Shown here: piece after piece, positions 61,701 through 64,000 of the stretch | How positions within the stretch are numbered: position 1 is the stretch's first letter | How the letters are laid out: each line of letters starts with the position of its first letter | Source of the DNA: a bacterium | GTDB taxonomy: Bacteria; Patescibacteriota; Minisyncoccia; Phycocordibacterales; UBA918 | Direction of reading: 5' to 3' | Assembly (NCBI GenBank): GCA_002710785.1 | Contig: PAMC01000016.1 | Location: 13,435 to 77,434 of the forward strand | DNA: 64,000 nucleotides | Program-made: the position numbers and the translations under genes | Notes under the pieces: model-generated | Seen by the model: only the letters and a program-made list of their open reading frames with translations | What the model was told of the DNA's origin: nothing | Databases searched by the model: none

Positions 61701-63956
61701 CCGGTACGTCCAGTCACTGTTCCAGAATGGGTCGAGGAGTCCGTACTCTTGGGTTCCCACTGCCTCGATCCAAAACTCACCTCTTGAAAAGGCTGGAAAT
61801 TCAATATCCATCTTAAAGTACCGTGTCTCACCTGCCTGGATGGTGAAGGACTCTGGAGTTTCGGTGCGTACCTCAAACTGCGGTGGCACCTCCTTTACCG
61901 CTGGGGCTACCCCGAGCAAACCACCGAGCCGAGCCAATCGACTGGTGTTAGTAGGCACAGCGTCAGTAGAGACTTCGGCAGTTTGCCAATCACGTCGGTA
62001 CACGGTTTTTGCGTGTTCAGCGACTCGCTTTTGCGTAATCCGACACTCAGTCTCCTCGCTGCCGAGCACGTCACACTGCTGCACCTGTTGAGTACTCGGG
62101 CACCAGTAACTGGCAGCGACAGTCTCCGTACTGCTGGTAGCGGCGCTCGTTGCGGTTGCTTGAGTAAACGGACGTAGGTCCAGCGCACGTGATTGTACTG
62201 CGGTCGTCCCGCTACTTGTTGCTGCACTCGTCTCAGGAGTTGGCTCAGTAGTGGTTGAGGTTTGGTCAGAAGACTCCGCTCCTGACGCAGCTGCGCTCGT
62301 GGTGGCCAAAGCTGCTTCATTCGAGGTGGTGGCGGTCTCTTCACTGGCAGCGATTGCAAGCTGGCCTTCAGTAGCCATCTCCCAACCACCGCTACAGTGG
62401 TAGACAAACGGGCGGAACTCCGGAATAGTTACTGCGCGTGGCCGGTTCTGGTTCCAGACTGATAGTTCAGTGACCTCTCCAACGCCATTAGGGAAGTACG
62501 TCTTAACGGTAAACGAATCTGTCCGGTCGCTCGTGTTAGAGACGTTAAAGTACATAGTCGCTTGCGTAAGTCCGTTGTAGGTCACATCGTCAGACTTAAT
62601 AATGAGCGTCTCGCCACGATTCTCGTCAGTAAAGCTAAAGTCGATAGTTTCCCCATTAGGGAGGGTGAGCGTATCGCCAGCCAGAACTTCGTCGCTAAAG
62701 TTATCGTCAAATGCCGCGAGTGGGTCGAGGGTCTCGTCCTCGGCAGTAGTAAAGAGCTCAAGCCAAACGGCATCGATATAGAGCTCCTCGAGTGTGCTGC
62801 GTTTGCCTTCGTACGCGACGCGAACCGAAAGATCGCGCAAGCTATCGGCGTCGGTGATAAACGGCAGAGCGAAGAGGTAGTAGTCACCATTAATGCTGTT
62901 ACTAACCTCGTCTTCAATTGTGATGTCACCGCCATCTTGCCACGTAGCCTCACCATCGAGTGAGTACTGGATGGTGAAGCGAGCCGCTTCGTCGAGGCGA
63001 GTGCTGCGCTTCTTCGCACCTAGGGAAAGTCGGAGTTGCCCCCCCGTCACCTGAGCATTGTCGGTAAATACGGGTAGCCAGAAGTCTTGCAGGGTCACGC
63101 CGTAGCTGCGTACTTCATTTTTGATATCAACGCCAATTCTTGGAGTCTCGTCAATCACGTCGGGACGCACATTCGCCTCATCGCGTGGCGTGGATGTGGC
63201 AACCGCGTCGCCACTGCTGGCCGGTGACGTACTGGTTGCTACTAGCGTTGGTGAAGTCGTGGCAGTTTCTGTCGTGCTCGTTGCACTACTTGGTTTCTCT
63301 TCAGGAGTTTCGAGTTCCTCTGTAGCGTTATCGGTAGTTGTCGCAGCTGACTCACTCTCGGACAGAACTTCTGTAACAAGTGCAGGGTCAGGTTGTGCTG
63401 CTTCGGTTTCTTGCGACTCATCAAGTGCCGCAGTGTCTGCCTCACTTTCGTCGCTCGTGGTAGCACTGTTTACAAACGCAAAGCGCTCCACAAAGTTCGC
63501 AAACGCAAACTGGAACTGTGTCCCCAGCCGGCGTAAAACAGTCGTGGTGGCGCTTGAGGTACTCTGGGTCGTCTCGGCTTCTGGTGGCGTGACGGGAACC
63601 GTGGTTGTAGCGATTGTTGGCTCAGAACTGGTTGCTGTCTCTGGCTCAGCAACTGGAACAGGGGCTTCTTCGGTACTACTGGCTACAGGCTGCTCATCAG
63701 CGGGGTCTACCACCTCTTCTGCTTCGGCAGATTCACCGTCTGGTTCTTGTACCGGCAGTGTAGTGCTCGCACTTGAGGTGGCTGTCTCCTCAGTCGCTTG
63801 CGGCGGAGTGTTTAGGCGCAGTGTCTCAACTCGGCGCACGTTTGGCTCAAGTGGTAAGTACGCAGAGTTAATCGTATTAAAATCTTGGTATAACGCATCA
63901 CCAGAAAGGTTCTGGTTGAGAATGGTCTCGACGTTTTCCCAGCCGCTGCTCATCAC
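40800..63956 (-). CDS. giant cell-surface protein (at least 7718 aa; N-terminus may lie beyond the window): low-complexity N-terminal region, 7 DUF2341-like modules, 6 LamG-like (concanavalin-like) domains, FN3-like and beta-helix-like repeats, Cys-rich C-terminal region
   Basis: Single 23 kb reading frame, open upstream of the GTG at 63956 to the window edge; DUF2341-like W-x-[YF]-R-x-x-I-x-I...L-T-[DN]-FPVYVDLS...SDG-DIR...YIYF at about 61740, 61440, 60400, 53810, 52240, 50200, 43070; LamG-like D-E-L-R-F at about 60590, 52990, 51410, 49375 and others. Confidence 0.85.
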   Translation of the reverse strand: MMSSGWENVETILNQNLSGDALYQDFNTINSAYLPLEPNVRRVETLRLNTPPQATEETATSSASTTLPVQEPDGESAEAEEVVDPADEQPVASSTEEAPVPVAEPETATSSEPTIATTTVPVTPPEAETTQSTSSATTTVLRRLGTQFQFAFANFVERFAFVNSATTSDESEADTAALDESQETEAAQPDPALVTEVLSESESAATTTDNATEELETPEEKPSSATSTTETATTSPTLVATSTSPASSGDAVATSTPRDEANVRPDVIDETPRIGVDIKNEVRSYGVTLQDFWLPVFTDNAQVTGGQLRLSLGAKKRSTRLDEAARFTIQYSLDGEATWQDGGDITIEDEVSNSINGDYYLFALPFITDADSLRDLSVRVAYEGKRSTLEELYIDAVWLELFTTAEDETLDPLAAFDDNFSDEVLAGDTLTLPNGETIDFSFTDENRGETLIIKSDDVTYNGLTQATMYFNVSNTSDRTDSFTVKTYFPNGVGEVTELSVWNQNRPRAVTIPEFRPFVYHCSGGWEMATEGQLAIAASEETATTSNEAALATTSAAASGAESSDQTSTTTEPTPETSAATSSGTTAVQSRALDLRPFTQATATSAATSSTETVAASYWCPSTQQVQQCDVLGSEETECRITQKRVAEHAKTVYRRDWQTAEVSTDAVPTNTSRLARLGGLLGVAPAVKEVPPQFEVRTETPESFTIQAGETRYFKMDIEFPAFSRGEFWIEAVGTQEYGLLDPFWNSDWTYRIPIEIDNTSGTTDLTEHQVFLQLDSALSDFWSNVQSDGSDIRFVQEITSGNLYQSTTTQFENPYDPAWSERTALIVQASAVPGALSSYPVFVDLSTLGADFWNTVRSDGGDIRITKADGVTELPLSVVEINTNTRTGELHFLADYISGAQDTVFHIYTGNANATARAVSDPLGRNAVWADFEAVYHFSDNATTTGDTYTDQTGNGRDLTITTANVATTTGAMGSALDLTVTSSGHLTATGWNWASSTDLVSSGLYQQGAASAEAIWQWGTNNNPNWMSYMPWYNNGTATGRGYLYFGQTSNAIWDRTGIVNAWTHFTTVSETTIGGRHVIYEDGVEQLTALQDIADPYNLNNLQVGRYTTGGSYNGYIDELRFTTRDDLRTDGWTAAEATNHRNPTTFYATSSTLLAGGTSLPGWFNTSWNNRQRITVPASENLTDFPVYVDLSILGSAFFNDVATDGRDIRVISEDGQTEYPYELVAIDTGANTGELYFKTNLTAAADTNYYIYFNNPDATAYARDDTYGSENVWTNNYRAVYHLEEDAAGTGNNNLYLDSTANEYHADDYNTSDDKTGLFGAGQEFGDDQTDYIRLPKEVIDGLTNISTSWWHESSNISDMTLLSGANSGQANEYWDRLDNNTLLRLYSQGGQETATLDNGATYNDGNWQYYMTIRDMDNQEKSVIRNGLRDAQSPITASPVIATTSIDSGGLLIGQDQDIVGGNFSTAENFEGQLDSFRISDVVRTPEWASVIYDSMSDNAGWLATSSAEALTVTDFVELDFWLQHYDYSGQESDVWVQVESLPAGAKTTIWLYYGASSVTSASDELATFSYDTPQDLYYVVDNSGADDISVISLIDNNEVSIDGGSTVTLDAGDRTVFSTFTGTSVISANGPISSTVSHTSNGNSDTLVPISFATTTHIGATNRDTNRWYVYAPFASTSVSTFIGSSGTANQTQSIATSAVATFTADPSNSGNANDGDGVMIEATSPVLAFHRSTSPGDGYALYPPTMEPIYGHDSNYVFAGGTGTTNADYYCSDDTTSGTEPLTRGDRQVVDGCTAAAQFDGDSVRLVAQSEPIAAIQQADSDGRESVAFWSEREFGTEFALTNDAQFVAVACSPRFGTATIEIISPAGTTVTSGSCGAGGDYPGTIHFGDSGTNSNVTYTEGHTVVSTNGVPIYVIYEDVSVDSEETNVTGTVQARKYGNVFGASFGAQELANDARYEQRSFAWYQNEDVSTPTSTWSIGSGEFVSEGEDIRGAGAVDNGDILRLRMNLAASNATGTEDSLAFKLQYGTATQDQCSLITEWLDLAEQSSTTAAFAGFNNASVGDGTTLATTTLTDSTVLGTYEERNLSNVLPNDVGVGEVVEFDWVITAVDVGINTNYCFRMVRATGGELQTYTLYPQLETAGPPNVPQLISYFDNAHIADLDTQLTFVTTDNAGDEIDYQVQIDTDPAFPSPVVDVNSADSFLDFENVADASDKAPFVSGATVRFTTPTTLASSTTYWWRVRASDPDGSATSSAWSTPYSFTTNPTLTVTEWYQTTGDQFSTDTLTAGLSTTTGAVTGATGTITGTEIDFDDALIGNAWGEVFWSDTETAGTITIQVEYNNNGTWTLVPNNLIEGNSAGTTTSPIDILALDTSTYNELRLVANFAGSTLSLEEWGVRWALRVETPVLGDLFDNQKTAETLPTFDFISSDPQGDDLEYEISFSTDRTFETSSSTYNSSTSPGFANLSDGGDTNPFTSGDTITYTKQAGEAFVNGTTYWWRTRAKDPNGGDAWSPWSEADAFTIDTSVTVSTWFQTTDEQFEQGTLDGTVATSGAVTVSPEFGEYGTVSLTDNNWTEVTTLRSYQNMVVVASPEYDGSSYGNNRNARVRNKTANTFEIKVDDYTNAFTGSTDVDYIVMEAGTWTLDEGGSGIQVIAGTAANVSAVQARPFQNDIGTEIDYSSNPFINPPVGIATVASNNDSDWIGTHIDGNVNTNGNGNGPRDDEIEEDGMQIALNASYDGVTSHGAEDVDYVIMDVADGTINGADFEAFNSSDSVDDTQGQGGHNQSFQTGFGSTPQVTLVHNNAEDGGDGGFGIKDTSGTNNASQIFLSLMEDGLGANGHTQEIVSVIAFEASSGLLTRANAGTLSGTIAGEPVIFSDGAGPKFENFDWTDSTPATSDIVYQLQYQVSADTWALIPDSAIPGNSVGTTTGPIDLTNVDINIYDTIRPYATLTCGGGNCPEVQDWQVEWSEGVTMSGNIFENDRITPVASGTVRAAVNGVLLSATGTIASGTWSLPNVTAFAGQTVQVWVDGAADPDEAVTAFVYDGLGDITGVTLYEGHLAFDADETGTVDVSGLALYDNSISANEDIFFNVDLANNLDVCAVGTCGDFNIYVAANQEFRPSSSTAAVITTHDIVNDGTLTLDSNTLEVSGSWINTATTSVAAATVAFNALVGTETIIDPSDPLAFNSLTFGTSTSVAQWDISADLDLSGNLIVAAGTFNRGTSSIAVAGDVRTYAGAQWSGVGTTTFDGSGSSIWQDLNASTSLQNIGIVVVDGASKTIVVDTAAAAYDVNIGANDTLNGGSDTLIQVGGDWTNSGSFIAGTSEVEIVPDDRTYPGIIPGSSDWYSDTDFTQRLPIALQASEIDSSLTNFPVYVDLSTLGSSFWGAVKSDGGDIRMTTDDGQTEIAVEVVSINSNTQTGELHFLAPSASSTGDTTFYLYFNNPSASMPASFSTYGSEAVWVDFDAVYHFEVATTGVNTIVPDATANGYDLTITGADIATSTGQLGTAITLVGSSGILTNSWSWASGDRLESSGWYKLSAASSEALWSWGTGADMNFMPWYSGTQRGYHRFGSTAGAFTFDFTPRDTVNWQHFTTVGPTSTSEQVITYINDIVRDNPTQTAADPSGGALQLGRYTTAGSWEGEMDELRFAQSTRGADWVSAEYSNQSDPTAFYATSSVETYVPDIIPDAPSHQITTGGSAFYALTLNDATTTPYFSDAAVTVDDDFTVATGTVTFPTTKLTVGGSFLNQGTFMHNNAELEFTSSAAETVTLGGTTFLNILDDVTFDGSGSWSITDTHATATGAVTISDGTVTFPSGNLSIGDTLTVTGSGSFSNNGGLVLFSSTNEEQVRTNGSAFNDVQFGTLSSLPWYGSGWNERVALTIAPNTVEASLSDFPVYVDLSTLGSDFWNGVASDGADIRVANGSGFVALPVDVVEFDAVGETGELHFLADSISDTATTTFYIYFANADATAPASDSAYGSEAVWDNYEAVYHFHEDPTISITDETGNGRDLTPAIGTPATTTGTLGTALDTTSGNVRLENAGWTWPAGEDMVSSGWYFQSAVDTGALWQFGVAVGGSEDTYLHYLPWYDSGDRGYFRFGETSGSDFRFTRNSTIWHHFTTVGRAAIGETNQIYEDNILRDSVTQTADGENPSNTGLRVGAYQTTVYMDIQIDELRFSSTTPSTAWIDAEYTNGNTPTAFYGVAASSESFTDAVPRFILKESTTDIDGNVVVQSSELIAPNDTLTIGGSMTTLDGLFDANTATTTFDSSAGNETISIEDNSFYNLVFDAAGGDWTPSGNVDVVNDARLVNGTQFTLAPDAVMTVGGIFTNSFASTSTTWTDSTIVLTGGDYTITGRLDDGDDYGTIQVSNDSDIVIWNSTIATSTILDTSSLYLPDFGGTNGLLRVYGEYQRMSGTEHWSYATDFDGTDLTGGNERPVTVEIGNGSELTFGTSTTLSVLGDATSTTTVSVLFGLYQLNLENATFASQYADFSGMGAEGIELRNGTTISTLTQTDIAVPAGRTGITVDAATMNAQPSSVFTGVSFASTTATNVYSADWNSQLTLTVPASSTLSTLTEYPVYVNLASLGSDFWSNVKSDGADIRVTTAGANELPIDVVEINTTTQTGELHFLAPAVSAAQDTTFYIHYNNPTASAYAATYRYGSEAVWDNYEAVYHFNEDPTVSITDETGNGRTLLPAVGTAATTSGQLGQAVDTTTSNVMLQSAGWTWTSGDDLISSGLYFMTNTDTGALWQFGTGNGTNNGTYLAFMPNYDLTNRGRHFFGITSGGEYTVSPYNNTIWHHFTTIGRATDGENNLIYEDNTLQDTVTQISSSQNPSNTGLKIGRYQGGTYGEIQVDELRFATSTQGTDWIDAEFRNFLQPDEFYATSTVSTAAGANVTTDGTPSTYWLFTGGGGDRYGEAFDADDGDPGSIQWDDSNYNISISGVVYADDGVTPMGAPVCNNSTAVVTVVIDGGTTYQTSCDAATGAYEVAGVTYVGEPKITAFLSSTASSSEVNVAILDETSGTGTVTSNLMNVTRPTVVDNSVLVLIAGKDDEPLINTLGGWTAIDSFGNTTGDDLASGAWYKVVADASTEPASYDFPVTDNNETYNYWMGSLLNVDTASPLAATTNWSKLQNEYDPIAPTATTTIDGSLVIAAAHVFNDTDVAVPSGNWATRAQNVVDGTNHNLGVVSRVARPAGATSTAQFGNVTIGRESQVIQMSFNPDASPTATGTAIAAVVTKTPLGAAAQPYKTINLVDQRTAVGTVANGATFTVERPEVENGDVLIAITAREDEFDISAPSGWQLEGELGLTTGNDMYTAVWSRVITNAATEAETYAFTNNDTAGTEEFSAWIGAYRGVDTSDIFDTDPVWSNEQNTSSPVAPGITTTNDGSYVLAAWYVIDDNDLVGPTSPWSTILQDARQGSRNLLLSSQLQTSAGATGDATATGGSTDDVNVVQFALKPASVSVLDSISDFDLYQNRVIVRHEDISPLSIADMNIFDSGDNGDVPFTVSTSTTPDSLTVSASSGLMVWNSKTFTGNGDITLAGSGGSTQDGSLLLGPSATLNMSGTEVLTIGGSLYLDTAATFNTPSSTVLFTATTTGQSIASAASSTLAFTAVSFTGAGGGWGVQTPITVINNLTVATGTLSGTSDITITNGNFTGNGTVAMVNGTVEIDRTNTLGGTTPWQFYNLVLGDGVTATQVTTPFGSATTTVRNRLTIDSGHLLDAGSSQWDLTGDGTVFVEDGTFLEDTSRITYGGNSTVTRTAYFDLAVEAATGSTAVTAPVTGLQVFGDLTVGSRGTTTFTLDTNDPLTVVAGDTYIGARGTLEASDTSSLQLFGSYDNDGVFTANGGLVEFLQATGTASVAAGASDFYDVSVAGGGTYLFTESATTTGDFSLTSAFTFTLQPGNTLAVGDVFTNTVSGANTNWSNSVLKLFGNTAYEVNTKTDADDYAELVVDNGTQPRFWNSSYSTTTISASSSLYSMDHNDVAGDLYIFGAYSNASYTDSWSYTTDWDGAALGSPRQADVYVEGGGSVTYTGGSLDVMGSTTASTTIQNQGSGEFSFTIGGTASTEWLDAEPRDVDSAGLSFTGTPTVVNIVNVDWLVDDNNASAMTVAGSVIDANPAKNFDRNTFNESGVTSPVNVTTSGVSVSSWRFTNHTGNLDGEAFDADSGDPGEIVWSDSAALISISGNIYNDEGTSWYTQCDGSTPNVRLVVAGLTSASTTCASGTGAYTFTNVGFGPSDSIIVYIDGESEAGATVTADPISNILNMDVYVDRVIVRHESTDAIRIADLAVWDSSDDADIPFTATTGGTNTVSFPTDTKLIVWDSKTFTPDGDVTLSTGTASHAGTLELQANATFTGAGSESHTIGGELLSGAGATLALNDAALTFTSTQSGRSIDSNDATFGALTFNGTGSWTVNDTTFAANGDVTITNGDVTLPAATSTFANDFTNTGGSFDANGGVLAFTATDAGNTITFGGSDAATIQFAGSGSWSISDTNATATASVTVATGTVTLPGGTFTVGTDFVVSDTVAHNSGTIRLTGTGTHVLTAGGNDLSSLQVDGSGSFTVTDATSAFLGDVTVAAGNLRLASSSTAIGGSLDATSGTLDVGTSTLLFDSTDTGETVDPGSNEFYRVVVNSATGGWTFSSATSTSDFSLLSASAFTLGSSETLYVGGVFTNTVGGANTTWTNSELILAAGTNFSANTKASTGDTYDTLTLIGDTDVRFWNSDYLVSTLSASSSIYSQDHAGSDGALRIYGEYVSQTVNEYWSYATDFDGVALGGSPRAVSVTFATSTLSNFTLESGTLEIIGATGASTTIQSAEASTLYDFTVSGGTFSADTYTFDDLAAGGLTFVGTPTISDLDRGVFNQATNTATMITLPQTALDANAGLTILEAVFTDGGFTGGANVTLDATSTNSWIFSTHFGDLSGEDYDVDGEDACSSIRWDDSACLLTEQTEYRWRNDDGGEGAVASTWYDTNWDARQRVRLQNGDASTYSNVPVLLSVTYDSDMQTDFDDLRFTDSTGTVLIDHWIERFSTGVSADVWVEVPSLPAASTTQIYMYYDNLTATTTSSSTLVFTAVDDFESGSLSEYSGDTTLFNIGSTYAWGGSNGLDTNGNETAKATDGIFTFDQTVSQGEIIRYRQYVDASGSDESCTLFGVQSPGTTNENYGVCIELQGTDRLSLVRDAESTDLVGGVVVLDQTNVTYSTGWYEIEVDWQTDDTIDVRLYNSGGTLVASTTATDSNYTSGGFGFTFWGFYGGWDSFVSYPRLDNKPTVYFGAEQVDGGATWRAPQGVAGSGYDFGDVARLRVAVENSGLDITNQEFRLEYAGKGVALTCEAVSGGSYSSVPAAGSCGVSPVCMINTTQVSSGDPTTDHLIIPSGTFSAGEIVSNTDNQTGFVDVNQQYYTELEYALNLTSNATEDAYCFRVTNAGTALDSYASIPELTLEFAPSVGVVTLNDGSDIVLSPGTTTPVVASTTVTDLNGYADIVAATTTFYRTTVGASCTPDDNNCYVTTLGTGCVLSGCSGTSCSLSCTADFAFHTDPTDGGSPYEGEEWYAYVEVADAATNSDFETSTGIIDVGTLRSISVDNLIGYGTLDINGVTASGSNPVSNISNFGNEALDVDVSGTDMSNGGVSIIDVTQQKFATSSFDHTTCTACITLSEIGSSIEVDLNKPTTSTPLVTDALYWGIAIPFGTASEPHSGINTFTATAD
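49250..52250. repeat. intragenic tandem duplication (about 2.04 kb period) of a DUF2341-like + LamG-like module inside the giant gene, with a near-identical core
   Basis: 49861-49957 and 51904-52000 differ at 5 of 97 positions by eye (cggccgttgcctgtttcgtcggtaatact...gaagtggtacaccgcctcgtagttatcccacaccgcttctgagccgta); flanks are about 70 percent identical over several hundred bp. Confidence 0.6.
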
Positions 63957-64000
63957 CGTACCTGGGAATACATTGACGGTCGATACGGTGACGGAGCTAC

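Noticed and set aside
40903-63325. Dozens of plus-strand ORFs of 60-315 aa inside the giant gene, for example 47662..48609 (315 aa) and 44053..44904 (283 aa). There is also a 243-aa ORF at 24732..25463 antisense to the beta-propeller gene.
   Set aside because: All are antisense to a continuous, motif-rich minus-strand reading frame. Their translations are low-complexity S/P/V/A-rich, as expected for the reverse complement of Thr/Gly/Asp-rich coding DNA. They contain no recognisable motifs.
18536-63956. The surface locus as a known named secretion system (type V autotransporter, type I RTX toxin, Bap-like biofilm protein with T1SS).
   Set aside because: There is no beta-barrel translocator domain, no RTX GGxGxD nonapeptides and no C-terminal T1SS signal. 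There is no membrane-fusion protein or TolC, and no LPXTG/sortase signature. The ABC pair is MacB/FtsX-type rather than a T1SS HlyB-type exporter.
1-64000. Alternative genetic code (UGA as Gly or Trp, as in SR1/Gracilibacteria or Mycoplasma-type codes).
   Set aside because: TGA is used as a genuine stop, for example in the ATGA start/stop overlap at 14072-14075. TAA and TAG also terminate homology-supported genes at the expected lengths, so the standard code fits.
1-64000. CRISPR arrays, tRNA or rRNA genes, transposases, integrases, phage genes, toxin-antitoxin or restriction-modification defence modules.
   Set aside because: No short direct repeats with unique spacers. No T-arm-like GTTCGAATC motifs or cloverleaf candidates in the intergenic gaps. 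No DDE, tyrosine-recombinase, Cas, methyltransferase or nuclease signatures in any ORF.

Overview
The window is a 64 kb bacterial segment using the standard genetic code. TGA acts as a stop, as the ATGA overlap at 14072-14075 shows. About 29 of 30 supported genes are on the minus strand. Positions 1-15.8 kb are housekeeping. They hold a pterin-4a-carbinolamine dehydratase and an alpha/beta-hydrolase with Gly at the nucleophile position. They hold a Ddl-like ATP-grasp ligase, a short UvrC, UvrA and UvrB. A Lys-tailed membrane protein sits between uvrA and uvrB. The segment also holds a Tgt that lacks the Zn-binding Cys triad, a membrane-anchored FKBP PPIase and a CapA-family metallophosphatase. 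It ends with an AI-2E transporter and a TlpA-like CPDC thioredoxin. Positions 15.9-64 kb form one co-directional cell-surface locus of about 48 kb. Its largest gene is a giant ORF of at least 7718 codons, still open at the window edge, built from repeated DUF2341-like + LamG-like modules, FN3-like segments, beta-helix-like repeats and Cys-rich segments. The locus also encodes a 4-FN3 secreted protein. A MacB/FtsX-type ABC pair is present, and its ATPase carries an unexplained 215-aa C-terminal extension. Three cohesin-like proteins follow, two of them membrane anchored. Two proteins carry dockerins; one is fused to Myxococcus-type Cys-rich repeats and the other shares a 242-aa protein with a cohesin. 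Three DUF916/DUF3324-like C-terminally anchored proteins are present. The locus also encodes a 2053-aa protein with an Asp-box beta-propeller and four copies of an unnamed W-R-N-D-N-G/R-L-R/L-Q-Y-G/C-F-R module. A 381-aa secreted protein shares that giant's C-terminal domain. I found no tRNA, rRNA, CRISPR array or transposase. Several intrinsic-terminator-like hairpins and a perfect 44-bp palindrome are present. Shine-Dalgarno sequences are weak or absent at several starts. Two starts (uvrB, the PCD gene) look leaderless. The most interesting feature is the surface locus, which looks like a cohesin-dockerin scaffold with giant adhesin-like proteins and a dedicated ABC exporter. Its lineage cannot be fixed from sequence alone. 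The features are compatible with a monoderm or CPR-like organism, but this is inference.
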